Source of the DNA: a virus
Lineage: Duplodnaviria; Heunggongvirae; Uroviricota; Caudoviricetes
IMG/VR virus record: IMGVR_UViG_3300028888_000044
Coordinates: 1 to 64,000 of that record
DNA length: 64,000 nucleotides
Direction: 5' to 3' (one strand)
Shown in pieces: positions 30,681-40,893 of this stretch (the stretch's first letter is position 1; every line of letters starts with the position of its first letter). The position numbers and the translations under genes were made by a program. The notes below the pieces were generated by a model that was given only the letters and a program-made list of their open reading frames with translations, had not been told where the DNA came from and ran no database searches.

Positions 30681-30861
30681 TGAAATTAGGGTTATAAGCG
30701 ACTTGATAAAGGTTACATATGACAATGATACTCATGTACTTACAATATCGTCAGATTTAAACCCAACGATAATAGACAAGAACTTTAACGAATTGGAGGA
30801 TAAACTGAATTCTCTTAATGCAAAGGTTAATAAATTACTTTTTAATTACACTACATTATGA
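30670..30861 (+). CDS. Small hypothetical protein
   Basis: Its stop overlaps the thyA start (ATGA); start codon uncertain. Confidence 0.5.
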   Translation: MQIDEIRVISDLIKVTYDNDTHVLTISSDLNPTIIDKNFNELEDKLNSLNAKVNKLLFNYTTL

Positions 30862-32012
30862 ACAATGTTGATAAACAATATTTGGATTTATATAACGATA
30901 TTTGGGCAAATGGTACTACAAAAGAATCAAGAAGTGGTGACGTGAAGTCTGTTTTCGGAAGACAACTTAGGTTTAATTTGGAAGAAGGATTGCCGATACT
31001 TACAACAAAGAAGGTATTTACAAAAGGAATTATACACGAGCTGTTGTGGTTCTTGAAAGGAGATACAAACATAAAGTATTTGGTTGAAAACAAAGTTTAT
31101 ATTTGGAATGCTGATGCTTATAGGTTCTATTGTGAAAAAGTTAAAAAGCATAATGAGATTTTACAAGAATACAAAACCAACAAAATGTTTGCTGAATATT
31201 CCACAATTGAAACTGATACAGAGGGAGATTTTATCAAAAACGTTTTGGAACAGAAACGTATTTTCTTGATTGATAAGCCTTATGAGTTCGAGACAGCAAA
31301 ATATAATTACACATATGGCGATTTAGGTCCAGTGTATGGAAAACAGTGGAGGGCTTTCGATAATAAAGTAGACCAAATAAACAAGTTGATTGAAACGCTT
31401 AAAAATAATCCAGAGGATAGGAGAATGCTTTGCATTGCATTTAATCCAACAGTAGCTGATGAGGTGGCTTTACCTCCTTGCCACGTTATGTTTCAATTAT
31501 ATACAAAAAAAATAACAGACCATGAACGTTTAGAAAATGCGTTAAAATATGGATATGTTGATAAGGATGTTTACGAAGAATTAGTCAAAGAGCATGTTTC
31601 ACTAATATGCGCTAGGAATAATTCAAAAGAAGATTATGAAAATTTCCACAAAAAAATGGATGATTTAAACATACCTCGATACAAGTTAAGCCTTATGTGG
31701 TATCAAAGAAGTGTAGACTTTGGTTTGGGATTACCATTTAACATAACATCTTATGCAATATTAACTCATATATTTGCAAAATTAGCTAATATGATACCAG
31801 ATGAGCTTATTGGTTCACTTGGAGATTGTCATATTTATTTTAACCAAAGGTATGGATTAATGAACCAGTTAAAACGTGAAGGGTATGATACGTTGCCAAC
31901 ATTAGTTATCGAAGGTAATCAAACAAAAATTGAGGATTTTAAGTATGATGATTTTAAAATAGTTAATTATTTGTGTGAAAAACCAGTAAAAATGCCATTA
32001 AGCGTTGGCTAA
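30858..32012 (+). CDS. thyA: Thymidylate synthase
   Basis: ELLWFLKG, LGPVYGKQW, LPPCH, QRSVDFGLGLPFN, GDCHIY. Confidence 0.95.
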   Translation: MNNVDKQYLDLYNDIWANGTTKESRSGDVKSVFGRQLRFNLEEGLPILTTKKVFTKGIIHELLWFLKGDTNIKYLVENKVYIWNADAYRFYCEKVKKHNEILQEYKTNKMFAEYSTIETDTEGDFIKNVLEQKRIFLIDKPYEFETAKYNYTYGDLGPVYGKQWRAFDNKVDQINKLIETLKNNPEDRRMLCIAFNPTVADEVALPPCHVMFQLYTKKITDHERLENALKYGYVDKDVYEELVKEHVSLICARNNSKEDYENFHKKMDDLNIPRYKLSLMWYQRSVDFGLGLPFNITSYAILTHIFAKLANMIPDELIGSLGDCHIYFNQRYGLMNQLKREGYDTLPTLVIEGNQTKIEDFKYDDFKIVNYLCEKPVKMPLSVG

Positions 32013-32047
32013 CTTTAAGGACGAATAATATATTTATAATATATAAT

Positions 32048-32758
32048 ATGCAAATTATGTCAAATATAAATATAAAAATAAAGAAGGTTGTCTCCGAAGT
32101 ATTGAAAGAGGCGGTAAATGAAACCTCAAGGAGGCAAAAAGCTGATGCAGCAATCAATAGAAAAAATCCAAACATTCAAACTTTGGCAATTTTAACAAGT
32201 GAGAATCCTCGATTTGACTCAAATACTGATGGTAAAAATGTTACAAACGCAGACAGACGAGAGAATTTGGAAAAGGACTTGAAGTTGGGACATTATGCTT
32301 GGTTCCCAGTTAAGGGTCAATATGGAGGTAAGGAAAAATCATATATCATTTACAATATTTCTTTGGAAGACGCTTTGCATTTAGGACGTAAATTTGGACA
32401 AGAATCAATTATCTTCAATGAAGGTGACAAGTGCCAATATTGGGAACAAAGCGGTGACGGTAATTATGAAATGACTCACGAAAGGGATATTAGTCAAAAA
32501 ATCGATATGTCCGATGCAGATGATTACTATACGCAAGTGAGCAGAAAAAACAAATTCCAAATCCCATTCTTCGATGGAAGCGATGAAAATATGGAAGCTA
32601 TGAATGAAAGTATGAAATATGTCAATAAGGTCATTAATTCAAGGGTTAAGAACTTGAATGAGGCCAAAAGACGTATAGATTCGTCTTTGAATGCAGCATC
32701 TCCATATAACAGATATTGCAACAGAGGGCAGCTTTATGGAAATAAGTTTCAATGGTAA
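32048..32758 (+). CDS. DUF3293-like protein with a head-protein leader
   Basis: ILTSENP..EKSY..LGRKFGQESI; N-terminal KKVVSEVLKEAVNE. Confidence 0.5.
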   Translation: MQIMSNINIKIKKVVSEVLKEAVNETSRRQKADAAINRKNPNIQTLAILTSENPRFDSNTDGKNVTNADRRENLEKDLKLGHYAWFPVKGQYGGKEKSYIIYNISLEDALHLGRKFGQESIIFNEGDKCQYWEQSGDGNYEMTHERDISQKIDMSDADDYYTQVSRKNKFQIPFFDGSDENMEAMNESMKYVNKVINSRVKNLNEAKRRIDSSLNAASPYNRYCNRGQLYGNKFQW

Positions 32759-32768
32759 TTAATTTGTT

Positions 32769-33059
32769 ATGGTCAGTTTCTTCAAAATCATTTTATTTGT
32801 TGCATTGTTTTTTATAATTGAGATTTTATCTGAAAGCATTGCAAAAAATCATTCATTGATAAAGTTTATGAATGACGCGCCTTTAAAGAGAAGGAAATGG
32901 TGTCAATTTATAATTAATACTATAGTATGCACTATTTTTATGTTTATTACAAAATGGTACGCAGCTTCTGCTGTATGGTATTTTTTGATAATTGTTACTA
33001 CTGTGCTATATAAATGGATTGAAAACGACAGATATATTGAAGAGGAATATTACGAATGA
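32769..33059 (+). CDS. Small membrane protein
   Basis: Three hydrophobic segments. Confidence 0.55.
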   Translation: MVSFFKIILFVALFFIIEILSESIAKNHSLIKFMNDAPLKRRKWCQFIINTIVCTIFMFITKWYAASAVWYFLIIVTTVLYKWIENDRYIEEEYYE

Positions 33060-33187
33060 AATTTTAATAATGAAAAAATACCGATTTATTGTTGAATCGG
33101 TATTTTTTTTGTTATTTATATAAAAAATATTTTTTTTCGAAAAAGTATACTATTTATATATAAATTATTACACAACATATTATAATT

Positions 33188-33376
33188 ATGTTAGATAGGT
33201 ATCCTACTTTAGAACAAAATGGATTCATTTCTGACGAAGTGAATCACAAGATTGCTTATATAAGCAAGAACGTTAGAGGTAAAGAGAGATTTTCACCTCT
33301 AGAATCTTTTTTTGAAGAAGACAACAAGAGTCAAGTGACAATTGATGTCGCATGCTGTAGATTACACAGACATTAA
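33188..33376 (+). CDS. Small hypothetical protein
   Basis: ATG follows TATTTATA; 62 aa; no recognisable motif. Confidence 0.35.
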   Translation: MLDRYPTLEQNGFISDEVNHKIAYISKNVRGKERFSPLESFFEEDNKSQVTIDVACCRLHRH

Positions 33377-33413
33377 TATTTTAAAAGATAAGATAAAAAA
33401 ATCCATACAAACA

Positions 33414-35150
33414 ATGAATAAAAATTTAGATGAACTCAAGAGAATTAAAGAGTTGATGAACTATGGGTTAACTGAAAACAAGAAGCAGTACAGCAGTGTT
33501 GAGCATAGCAAGGAAGCAGCAGACGGTAAGGTCTACGGAATTGTTAGAGAAGGTACTAAATACTACATCAAGGTCTCAAAGGATAAGAAGAACCTTATCA
33601 AGGAGAACTTTGATTACATTGGCGGCTTCATGAATCGTAAGAGATATGAATACAACAGTTTCGCTAACGCTTTGAAGCAGTTTGACCTAAAGATGATGTC
33701 TATAAGGGAAGCAAAAGCAAACGGCAAGGACATAATCATCGAGTCTTGGAATCCAGAAAAGAAAGAATTTCTTGCTTTGGAATCAACAAACAAGATGCGC
33801 CAAGAAATTATGCGTCAACGTCAGATAATGGAAAATGCAAAGCTTATCAGCGAAGGTAAGTGCTGCACCAACCAACCATTCTGTGATGATGTAAAAGATG
33901 TTGAGGATTGCGAAGGTGTTAAACAGCAAGGCAAGGACAACATTAGCGGAAAAGTTAAACCAAAGAAGGGAAAGTCTATTAAGGAAACAGCCGACAGATT
34001 GGCTTGGCATCATACTGGTCAGAATGCACAAGGTACTATTGCTGACACCTATATGGATAAGAGCCACGGCACAGAAATTGGAGATGGTAAACCATTCAAT
34101 AAAGCCAAGAATTCTGAAGAAGAAATGGAAAATGGCGTTGTAGAGGAACACAACACTTCTATGACCTATGCATCAGACAATCAAAATAACCCAGAACCAG
34201 GAACTGGTCCTATTGGAAAGGATGACCCATTCAACAAGAAGGGTGCAACACAAATCAAGGAGGATATTGATGATTTGGATGATTCTTCTGTAATTGATGA
34301 TGAAGATTACGGTGGAGGCTTTAACGATGACGGTAATTATGGTGATGATGGTTCAACATATGACGCTGAATATGATGACCAATCTATGGAAGGTGATGAG
34401 TTGGGTGATGACAGTATGATGGAAGTCGATGATGACGAACCATACGAAGATGATTCAACAGAATATGAACTTGAAACCGATGGAGGCGCTGATGATTTGG
34501 ATACATATGATGATTTGAATTCAGATGCTGATTTAGGTGGAGAAGGTGGTGACGTTGAGTCAAGATTGTCTTCGATTGAATCAACACTTAACACTATATT
34601 GGATAAGTTGGATAACATTGACAGTTCTGAATTCGAAGATGATGACTTGTATCCAGAAGATGGAGAAGGTGATGACTTTGGAGACGATGATTTCGGTGAT
34701 GATTCTGATGAAGGTGATGACCTTGGAGGTGATGATTTCAGTAATGGAGAAGGTGATGACCTTGGAGGCGATGATTTAAGTAATGGAGAAGGTGATGACC
34801 TTGGAGGTGATGATTTCAGTAATGGAGAAGGTGATGATTTCGGTGATGATTCTGATGAAGATGATGATAGTGTAGTTTACGAATCAAGGTCATACAGAAA
34901 GATGAGACTCGCTGAAGAAAACAGACTTGATGATTTCGGAAAGCATCCAGCTTATAGAAAAGAACCAATGAAACGTCCAGAAACTGGTGTTGATAAGAAC
35001 TCTCACGGTAGGGATTGGAATCACAGCAGTGTTCACAGTGAAGAACCTTATGGTCAAAAAATTGGTGATGGTTCTCCATTCAGCGTAAACCCAGAAGAAA
35101 TCGAAAATGCTATTGTTGAAAGTGTTATGAAGCTATTAAAAAAAAAGTAA
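33414..35150 (+). CDS. Large acidic (D/E/G-rich) putative head core or scaffold protein
   Basis: ELKRIKELMNY leader, long low-complexity acidic tract, ends LLKKK at a slippery site. Confidence 0.7.
   Translation: MNKNLDELKRIKELMNYGLTENKKQYSSVEHSKEAADGKVYGIVREGTKYYIKVSKDKKNLIKENFDYIGGFMNRKRYEYNSFANALKQFDLKMMSIREAKANGKDIIIESWNPEKKEFLALESTNKMRQEIMRQRQIMENAKLISEGKCCTNQPFCDDVKDVEDCEGVKQQGKDNISGKVKPKKGKSIKETADRLAWHHTGQNAQGTIADTYMDKSHGTEIGDGKPFNKAKNSEEEMENGVVEEHNTSMTYASDNQNNPEPGTGPIGKDDPFNKKGATQIKEDIDDLDDSSVIDDEDYGGGFNDDGNYGDDGSTYDAEYDDQSMEGDELGDDSMMEVDDDEPYEDDSTEYELETDGGADDLDTYDDLNSDADLGGEGGDVESRLSSIESTLNTILDKLDNIDSSEFEDDDLYPEDGEGDDFGDDDFGDDSDEGDDLGGDDFSNGEGDDLGGDDLSNGEGDDLGGDDFSNGEGDDFGDDSDEDDDSVVYESRSYRKMRLAEENRLDDFGKHPAYRKEPMKRPETGVDKNSHGRDWNHSSVHSEEPYGQKIGDGSPFSVNPEEIENAIVESVMKLLKKK
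34710..34837 (+). repeat. 39-bp in-frame tandem repeat, about 3.3 units (EGDDLGGDD[F/L]SNG)
   Basis: Units start at 34710, 34749, 34788 and 34827; flanked by a 28-bp direct repeat gatgatttcggtgatgattctgatgaag. Confidence 0.9.
35141..35147 (+). other. Putative -1 ribosomal frameshift site A_AAA_AAG
   Basis: In-frame A AAA AAG directly before the TAA; the -1 frame is open into ORF 35201. Confidence 0.6.
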
Positions 35151-35200
35151 TATCTGAAAAGCACGTTTTAAAAGTACCTAATAAGGGTGGTGATGACGAT

Positions 35201-35725
35201 ATGTCTTTGGATGATAATATGCCAGAACCACAAAATGATGAACCAATGGGCGGTGACGATTTTGGTAACGAACCTCCAATGGGTGGCGAAGAGCCAATGG
35301 GTAGTGAACCAGATATGAATGATGATTTCGGAGATGGTGATGATTTTGGAGGTGGCGAAGAAGGTGATGAATCTACAGAACATTTAATTAGTATGTATAA
35401 GTCTTTAACACCACAAGACAAAGTTGCTGCCGAACGTTACATACAATCATTGACTGCCGATGACGGTGGTGATGAAAAATCTGAAGAACCATTTGATGAT
35501 GAGCCAATGGGTGGGGAAGAACCACCAATGATGGACGATGATGGCGGCTTTGGCGATGAAGGTAGTAACGAACCTCCAATGGGAGGAAACCCAATGAGGG
35601 AATCATTTGTTAGGGAAATTGTAAACAATCCAACAATGACAAAGAGGCAAGGACGAAGAGATTACAGAAAGGTTGGTGATGATGTACCAAAAAAAGGAAA
35701 CCCTTTTGTATCCAATCGTAGATAA
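35201..35725 (+). CDS. Acidic Pro/Gly/Met-rich protein, likely also the frameshift extension of the upstream gene
   Basis: EPPMGG repeats; frame is open from 35144. Confidence 0.65.
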   Translation: MSLDDNMPEPQNDEPMGGDDFGNEPPMGGEEPMGSEPDMNDDFGDGDDFGGGEEGDESTEHLISMYKSLTPQDKVAAERYIQSLTADDGGDEKSEEPFDDEPMGGEEPPMMDDDGGFGDEGSNEPPMGGNPMRESFVREIVNNPTMTKRQGRRDYRKVGDDVPKKGNPFVSNRR

Positions 35726-35805
35726 TACAATAAAATACAGAAAGCGATTGTTTTCTGTATTTTTTTTGCCTTAAAACTATTTATTAATAAAATGTAATTC
35801 GACAC

Positions 35806-36213
35806 ATGAAGGTTTATGGAAAAAAGTCATTGTCGTTAAAGGAAATGACATACAAGAAGAAGAATGTAATCCTTAAGGAGGATGATACTGTATATACCAA
35901 TGATGTAAGTGGAATGGCTAAATCTTTGAATAGGGATGGCGATGTCACTATCACTAATCAAACACCTAGAAAGACGATTGATGTTAATATATTAACAAAA
36001 AACAATAATGTAACCCCACAAGACATTCAATCTTCAGACGAGCTTCAATCTGCACTAACTGTAGCCAAGAATCAACCAGTAGATGTGGAAGTGAATGCTC
36101 AAAAAGTTAACGGAACTGTCACACCAATCGGTAATAAGACACAAAGTACAGCACTTGCTGAAGGTTTTAAGTTTACAAAACGAGAAATGAGTAGTTATTT
36201 AAACAAGTTATAA
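35806..36213 (+). CDS. Hypothetical late protein
   Basis: TATTTAT upstream; LKE/LAE motifs. Confidence 0.6.
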   Translation: MKVYGKKSLSLKEMTYKKKNVILKEDDTVYTNDVSGMAKSLNRDGDVTITNQTPRKTIDVNILTKNNNVTPQDIQSSDELQSALTVAKNQPVDVEVNAQKVNGTVTPIGNKTQSTALAEGFKFTKREMSSYLNKL

Positions 36214-36217
36214 AAAT

Positions 36218-37423
36218 ATGAAAATTATTGTCACAGAAGACTCTTTGGTACGTAACGCATATGAAATGAAGAACAATGAATACGTGTTGCCAAATGTGCT
36301 GTACAACAACTTGAAACAGCACAAGACAAGTTTAGGTGACAATCCTTGTTTTCCAGAAGAAGCTAAATATCCTTTTGATTATATAATCATCAAGGATAGG
36401 TACACAGAGGTTATTGACAAGTTTAAAACGTTGGGTGAAGAAGTTAATGGTAAGTCTTTGGATGAGATAAAAACGTTATGTAACAGACTGATACACGAGT
36501 GTATGGAAATTGAAAGAAAACACAGAGATTTCCTAAACAAGTTATGCGTAAGTGTTGTAAATGAGATATTGTGTGTACCAGAAAACACAGTAATAATCAA
36601 ATGTAATTTGGTAGATTCAGTCAAACCAACCAAACAGCCAAGAGTTATACCAGAAGATGATGTAAAAAACGTGTACTCTTTTGATGATGTAGATGATATA
36701 AAGAATTCAAATTACGAGATTCTTAAGAGAAGGGTTATTAATTCTATAATACAAGGTGCATCATATAAGTTGTCTTTAAAATACCAAATGTTCGTTGATG
36801 AAATAAACAACATAGAACCAGAGCTTATAGAGCTATATAAAAAGATAACAATTTTGGGCGATTATATATTGTTCAATGAGGAAGCTAAAATAGACGAACG
36901 AAATTTAAGCCTTGGGGCTTACGTTTCTGTGTCTTTGGGAACGTTTGGCAAGAAAACAATCATAGATTCACAAGCACTTATATTTCCTTATCTGCTTAAG
37001 GAAACTATTCGAGGATTTTTTGAACTGTTTGCTTCTCACAGCCTACCAGAAGACAACGAAAAAGCAATGTATATCATACGACATGCGGATTTTATGGTTG
37101 CAGAATCTTGGGATTTGAGGTTTGGAGTTAAACTGTGGGATATATTAAGCCAAAAACTTCAAGATGAATTGATTATACCTTATTTCTTTATGACTTTGTG
37201 CAATTTACCAAAAATGGAGTTTATGAGGAAGATGAAGGAAATATTATCAAATACAAAATTAGGCGCATCAATCATTGATGACCTTATTATAGCTAGCAAG
37301 AAGCAAATAACATATAACAAGCTGCCTAGTAATACTACACCAAAAAACAGTTTTAAGGCTATCATATCAGATGAAGTTGAAGAAGATGACTTTACTATAG
37401 AAGAATTGAAGAATTTGAATTAA
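36218..37423 (+). CDS. Hypothetical protein with an MKIIVTE leader
   Basis: 401-aa ORF, followed by a terminator at about 37425-37460. Confidence 0.65.
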   Translation: MKIIVTEDSLVRNAYEMKNNEYVLPNVLYNNLKQHKTSLGDNPCFPEEAKYPFDYIIIKDRYTEVIDKFKTLGEEVNGKSLDEIKTLCNRLIHECMEIERKHRDFLNKLCVSVVNEILCVPENTVIIKCNLVDSVKPTKQPRVIPEDDVKNVYSFDDVDDIKNSNYEILKRRVINSIIQGASYKLSLKYQMFVDEINNIEPELIELYKKITILGDYILFNEEAKIDERNLSLGAYVSVSLGTFGKKTIIDSQALIFPYLLKETIRGFFELFASHSLPEDNEKAMYIIRHADFMVAESWDLRFGVKLWDILSQKLQDELIIPYFFMTLCNLPKMEFMRKMKEILSNTKLGASIIDDLIIASKKQITYNKLPSNTTPKNSFKAIISDEVEEDDFTIEELKNLN

Positions 37424-37542
37424 ACTAAGGGGGTTAGATTTTTGTCTATCTCCCTTTTTTATTATATTTTAAATATTTATAATAAAATAATTTCTTCTGG
37501 TTTTTATTTTTTTTATATATAATAATTAAAAATTATAATAAT

Positions 37543-39429
37543 ATGCTTGATGTAAAACATTTAACTACAGAATATGCGAAATGTTATTCAGACCCATCTC
37601 GAATATACTTTATAGAACATTATCTTTCTACACTATTCGGTGACAAGGGATTGCAACCATTGCTGTTGTTTCCAAGACAAAAGGTATTTTTGCATTCACT
37701 TGCTGAAAATAAGGAAACAATAGCTATTAAACACCGTCAAGCTGGTATTACAACAATTACAGCTGGTTGGGCTTGCGGACAAATCACATTTGCCTCAAAA
37801 CAAGCGCCAGAAACTATATTGTGTATCGGCAATAAACTTGATTTGGCGAATCAAATGGTTGAAAAGATAAGAATGTTCTTGGAGCAAGTTCCAAGATGGA
37901 TGTGGGGCAACGATTTTTATTCACCAGACCCAAAATCGGAAAAGAACAAAAGGGATATTTTCGTGAAATGCTCTAAGTCAGAACTTGAATTGTTCAATGG
38001 CTGTAAGGTTTATGCAAGGTCTTCTGGTCCAAATGCTGCGCGTGGTATTTCGTCTGTTTCTTTATTGGTATTTGACGAAGCTGCGTTCATTGAAAACGGA
38101 ATTTCAGTTTATGGTGCTGCCGTAGCCGCAACATCTGCAAGACCAGATAGAAAAATTGTGATGATTTCCACACCAAACGGTAAGGACTCTTTGTACTTTA
38201 ACACGTATAAGCAAGCTCAATTGAAGGAAAACAATTATAATGCTGTTGAATTCAAATGGTTCCAAGACCCAAGATATAACAAGTTCTTGAAATGGTACAG
38301 AAAGAACGAAAAAACTGGTGATTATGATTGGATTGAGGAAGATACAATCGACAATAGCGGTTCAATCATATATAATGAGGAAAGATGGGAAGAGCTTGTC
38401 AGAAAAGGATATACTCCAACATCTCCTTGGTACATATCAATGTGCAAGGCTTTCAATAACGACACGATGATGATAGCCCAAGAGCTTGATGGCTCGTTTA
38501 TGGGTTCTGCAAACAACGTTGTTTCGCCAGAATATATTGATATGCAAAGCAATTTGAATGTAAGGGAACCTCTTAAGGATTTTAAAGACCCTCTCGTAGA
38601 AGATTCTTGGTTTTGGAAGAAACCAATTGAAGGGCATAGATATATTATGGGAATTGACCCGTCAAGAGGTACTAGCGAGGATAGAACAGCAATTGAAATC
38701 ATAGATATTGATGCTAGAGATGAGAACGGTATGCCTATTATTGAACAAGTTATGGAATACTTGGGTAAAAAGCTAGGAGACGATATTGGTGGTATTGCTT
38801 ATCAGTATGCTGTAATGTATAATAACGCATATATTGTAGTGGACTGTACTGGTGGACAAGGTGATAGTTGCATCTTAACGCTGATGCAGCTTGGGTACAA
38901 GAATTTCTACTTCGAGGATGCATCACAAAAGACATATATGGTACAGAATTCCTCCAAGATTTATATGAAAACAAATCAAGACCAACTACCAGGCTTCCAT
39001 TTCCAAGGAAATAGATACCCAGTACTTGCAAATTTCGCCACAATGGTTAGAAGTAATGAGATAAAAATTAGGTCACAAAGGGTTATTGCAGAACTTGAAA
39101 CGTGGATTTTCAAGGGTGAGACACAAAGAATTGACCATATGGACGGTATGCACGATGATACACTGACTTGCTTGGCAATGTCGCTGTTCGTGCTGACGTT
39201 CTCGTTCAACAAACTTGAATCTGCAAAGAGCAAGGATGCTGCAATATTGAATGCATATATGATGAACAACGCAAATATATATACAACCAATCAAGCGAAT
39301 GTGGCAAGCTTGTCTATGACACCATCCAATGGCTTGAGGATGCCTTTTTATTCATCAAATAATTTAAGCAAAAACAATAATTCTGCTTGTTATGGCTCTT
39401 GTTTGTGGGTTTTTGGCATAATGCATTAA
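37543..39429 (+). CDS. terL: Terminase large subunit, T4 gp17-like
   Basis: KHRQAGITT (Walker A variant), LLVFDEAAF, ISTPNG, RNase H-fold GIDPSRG...HDD. Confidence 0.9.
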   Translation: MLDVKHLTTEYAKCYSDPSRIYFIEHYLSTLFGDKGLQPLLLFPRQKVFLHSLAENKETIAIKHRQAGITTITAGWACGQITFASKQAPETILCIGNKLDLANQMVEKIRMFLEQVPRWMWGNDFYSPDPKSEKNKRDIFVKCSKSELELFNGCKVYARSSGPNAARGISSVSLLVFDEAAFIENGISVYGAAVAATSARPDRKIVMISTPNGKDSLYFNTYKQAQLKENNYNAVEFKWFQDPRYNKFLKWYRKNEKTGDYDWIEEDTIDNSGSIIYNEERWEELVRKGYTPTSPWYISMCKAFNNDTMMIAQELDGSFMGSANNVVSPEYIDMQSNLNVREPLKDFKDPLVEDSWFWKKPIEGHRYIMGIDPSRGTSEDRTAIEIIDIDARDENGMPIIEQVMEYLGKKLGDDIGGIAYQYAVMYNNAYIVVDCTGGQGDSCILTLMQLGYKNFYFEDASQKTYMVQNSSKIYMKTNQDQLPGFHFQGNRYPVLANFATMVRSNEIKIRSQRVIAELETWIFKGETQRIDHMDGMHDDTLTCLAMSLFVLTFSFNKLESAKSKDAAILNAYMMNNANIYTTNQANVASLSMTPSNGLRMPFYSSNNLSKNNNSACYGSCLWVFGIMH

Positions 39430-39490
39430 AAAATACCGAAAAAATTTGGTTTATTCATTTTTTTCTTTTATTTTTTAAATAAAAGAAGAT

Positions 39491-39928
39491 ATGAATAGAT
39501 TGACAAAAGAGTATAAATTAAATGAAATTGATAATTTTGACTTAAAAATTGGCACAGTAAACAGATTTAAGCCAACAGCTTTCTACATAATAGGGAAAAC
39601 GTGGATTAAACCTACGGAAGAAATGAAATATTGTGAGATTTTCAATTGTTGCTGGTACAACTTTAAGAAAAAAGTTTCCAAAATGCTTGCAAAGCACAAT
39701 TTTTCACAGAAGCATCTAATAAACTATGATGTAAATTTTCAGTCTATGTCCCCAAATTCACCTAATTATCTTTGTTTTGATATAACAATGAAGCAAATAA
39801 ATGATATTATACCTATTAAGGGAATATATGATATAATGTTTGACGATATTGTTGAGATAATTGGTGAATTTCAAAAGGATTTGGTTCAAAATAATTTTAA
39901 TGTAAACAAAAAACAGACAGTACGTTAA
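39491..39928 (+). CDS. Hypothetical protein
   Basis: 145-aa ORF ending at a bidirectional terminator (about 39905-39945). Confidence 0.6.
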   Translation: MNRLTKEYKLNEIDNFDLKIGTVNRFKPTAFYIIGKTWIKPTEEMKYCEIFNCCWYNFKKKVSKMLAKHNFSQKHLINYDVNFQSMSPNSPNYLCFDITMKQINDIIPIKGIYDIMFDDIVEIIGEFQKDLVQNNFNVNKKQTVR

Positions 39929-39946
39929 ATACTGTCTGTTTTTTTA

Positions 39947-40867
39947 TTACTTTTCAAGTAAAACCTCTCTCAAACTCATAAACTTTGCGCAATCTTCAAT
40001 GAAAGTACCTTCGTTAAATGTCTTTGTTTTTATATTCTCATTAATATGAGTCAAATCCAAATCTTCTTGTTCATTTTTGTTTTCACGAATCAAACATTCA
40101 ACACCTTTCAAGCATTCTGATTTCATTTCATTGAAAATCTGCTCCTTTCTTGCCTTTGAAGTCTTTTCGCTCACTATTTCGGAGAACAAATTTCTTTCCT
40201 CGTTGTTCAGCAAGCCATAATACTTGTTATCAAAGTCTCTCATTACAGCATCAGCATTGAATTTTGTCTCATTTACACTATTCTTATGCTGTTTAACATA
40301 TTCATTGAGAGTATTCAAGCTTTTTGTATACTCATTTAGGTTAGTAATCTTCTTTTTGTGTGACATCAAGTAGTCACAGCTTTCAAACATACGAGTTTTT
40401 TCATCTGAAAATTTACTTTCTGGTAAAATACCGTATTTTCTAACCAATTTTATAAGTTTATTGTTTGATTCCTTGATTGTTTTCAAGTCGATGTTTGGTG
40501 ACACAAGCTGTATAGCCTCGTTGATGTAGCTAATAGTATCATCAGAACTGCATTTGTTGATACTATTGTAGAATGACAACTGCGCCTTCAAGTTATTATC
40601 CTCCATAATGGTCTGCATAATCTCTCTAACTGCTTTTGTATTCTCCTTAACTAGTCTTGGAAGCGAATCTTGGATTGCTTCATTGCAAGAAGAGAAGCCA
40701 TTGCACGAATACATCTTGTCTGCTTCAGTTTTGTATTGGTTGTAAGCCTCATCAGAAAGAGCTTTGAGTTGTTCGACACGTCCAACATCTCCACTATTCA
40801 TTGCTTCTACCATTTGCTGTGTGTATTGCTGCCACTCTTGTATGTGTGGATTTACATAATCTTCCAT
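39947..40867 (-). CDS. Hypothetical helical protein in the portal operon
   Basis: 306-aa ORF directly downstream of the portal gene. Confidence 0.65.
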   Translation of the reverse strand: MEDYVNPHIQEWQQYTQQMVEAMNSGDVGRVEQLKALSDEAYNQYKTEADKMYSCNGFSSCNEAIQDSLPRLVKENTKAVREIMQTIMEDNNLKAQLSFYNSINKCSSDDTISYINEAIQLVSPNIDLKTIKESNNKLIKLVRKYGILPESKFSDEKTRMFESCDYLMSHKKKITNLNEYTKSLNTLNEYVKQHKNSVNETKFNADAVMRDFDNKYYGLLNNEERNLFSEIVSEKTSKARKEQIFNEMKSECLKGVECLIRENKNEQEDLDLTHINENIKTKTFNEGTFIEDCAKFMSLREVLLEK

Positions 40868-40893
40868 TATTGTTCTAAAAATATTTTTTTAAA

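Noticed and set aside
34686-34860. CRISPR array
   Set aside because: Repeats are head-to-tail, in-frame and have no unique spacers; no cas genes.
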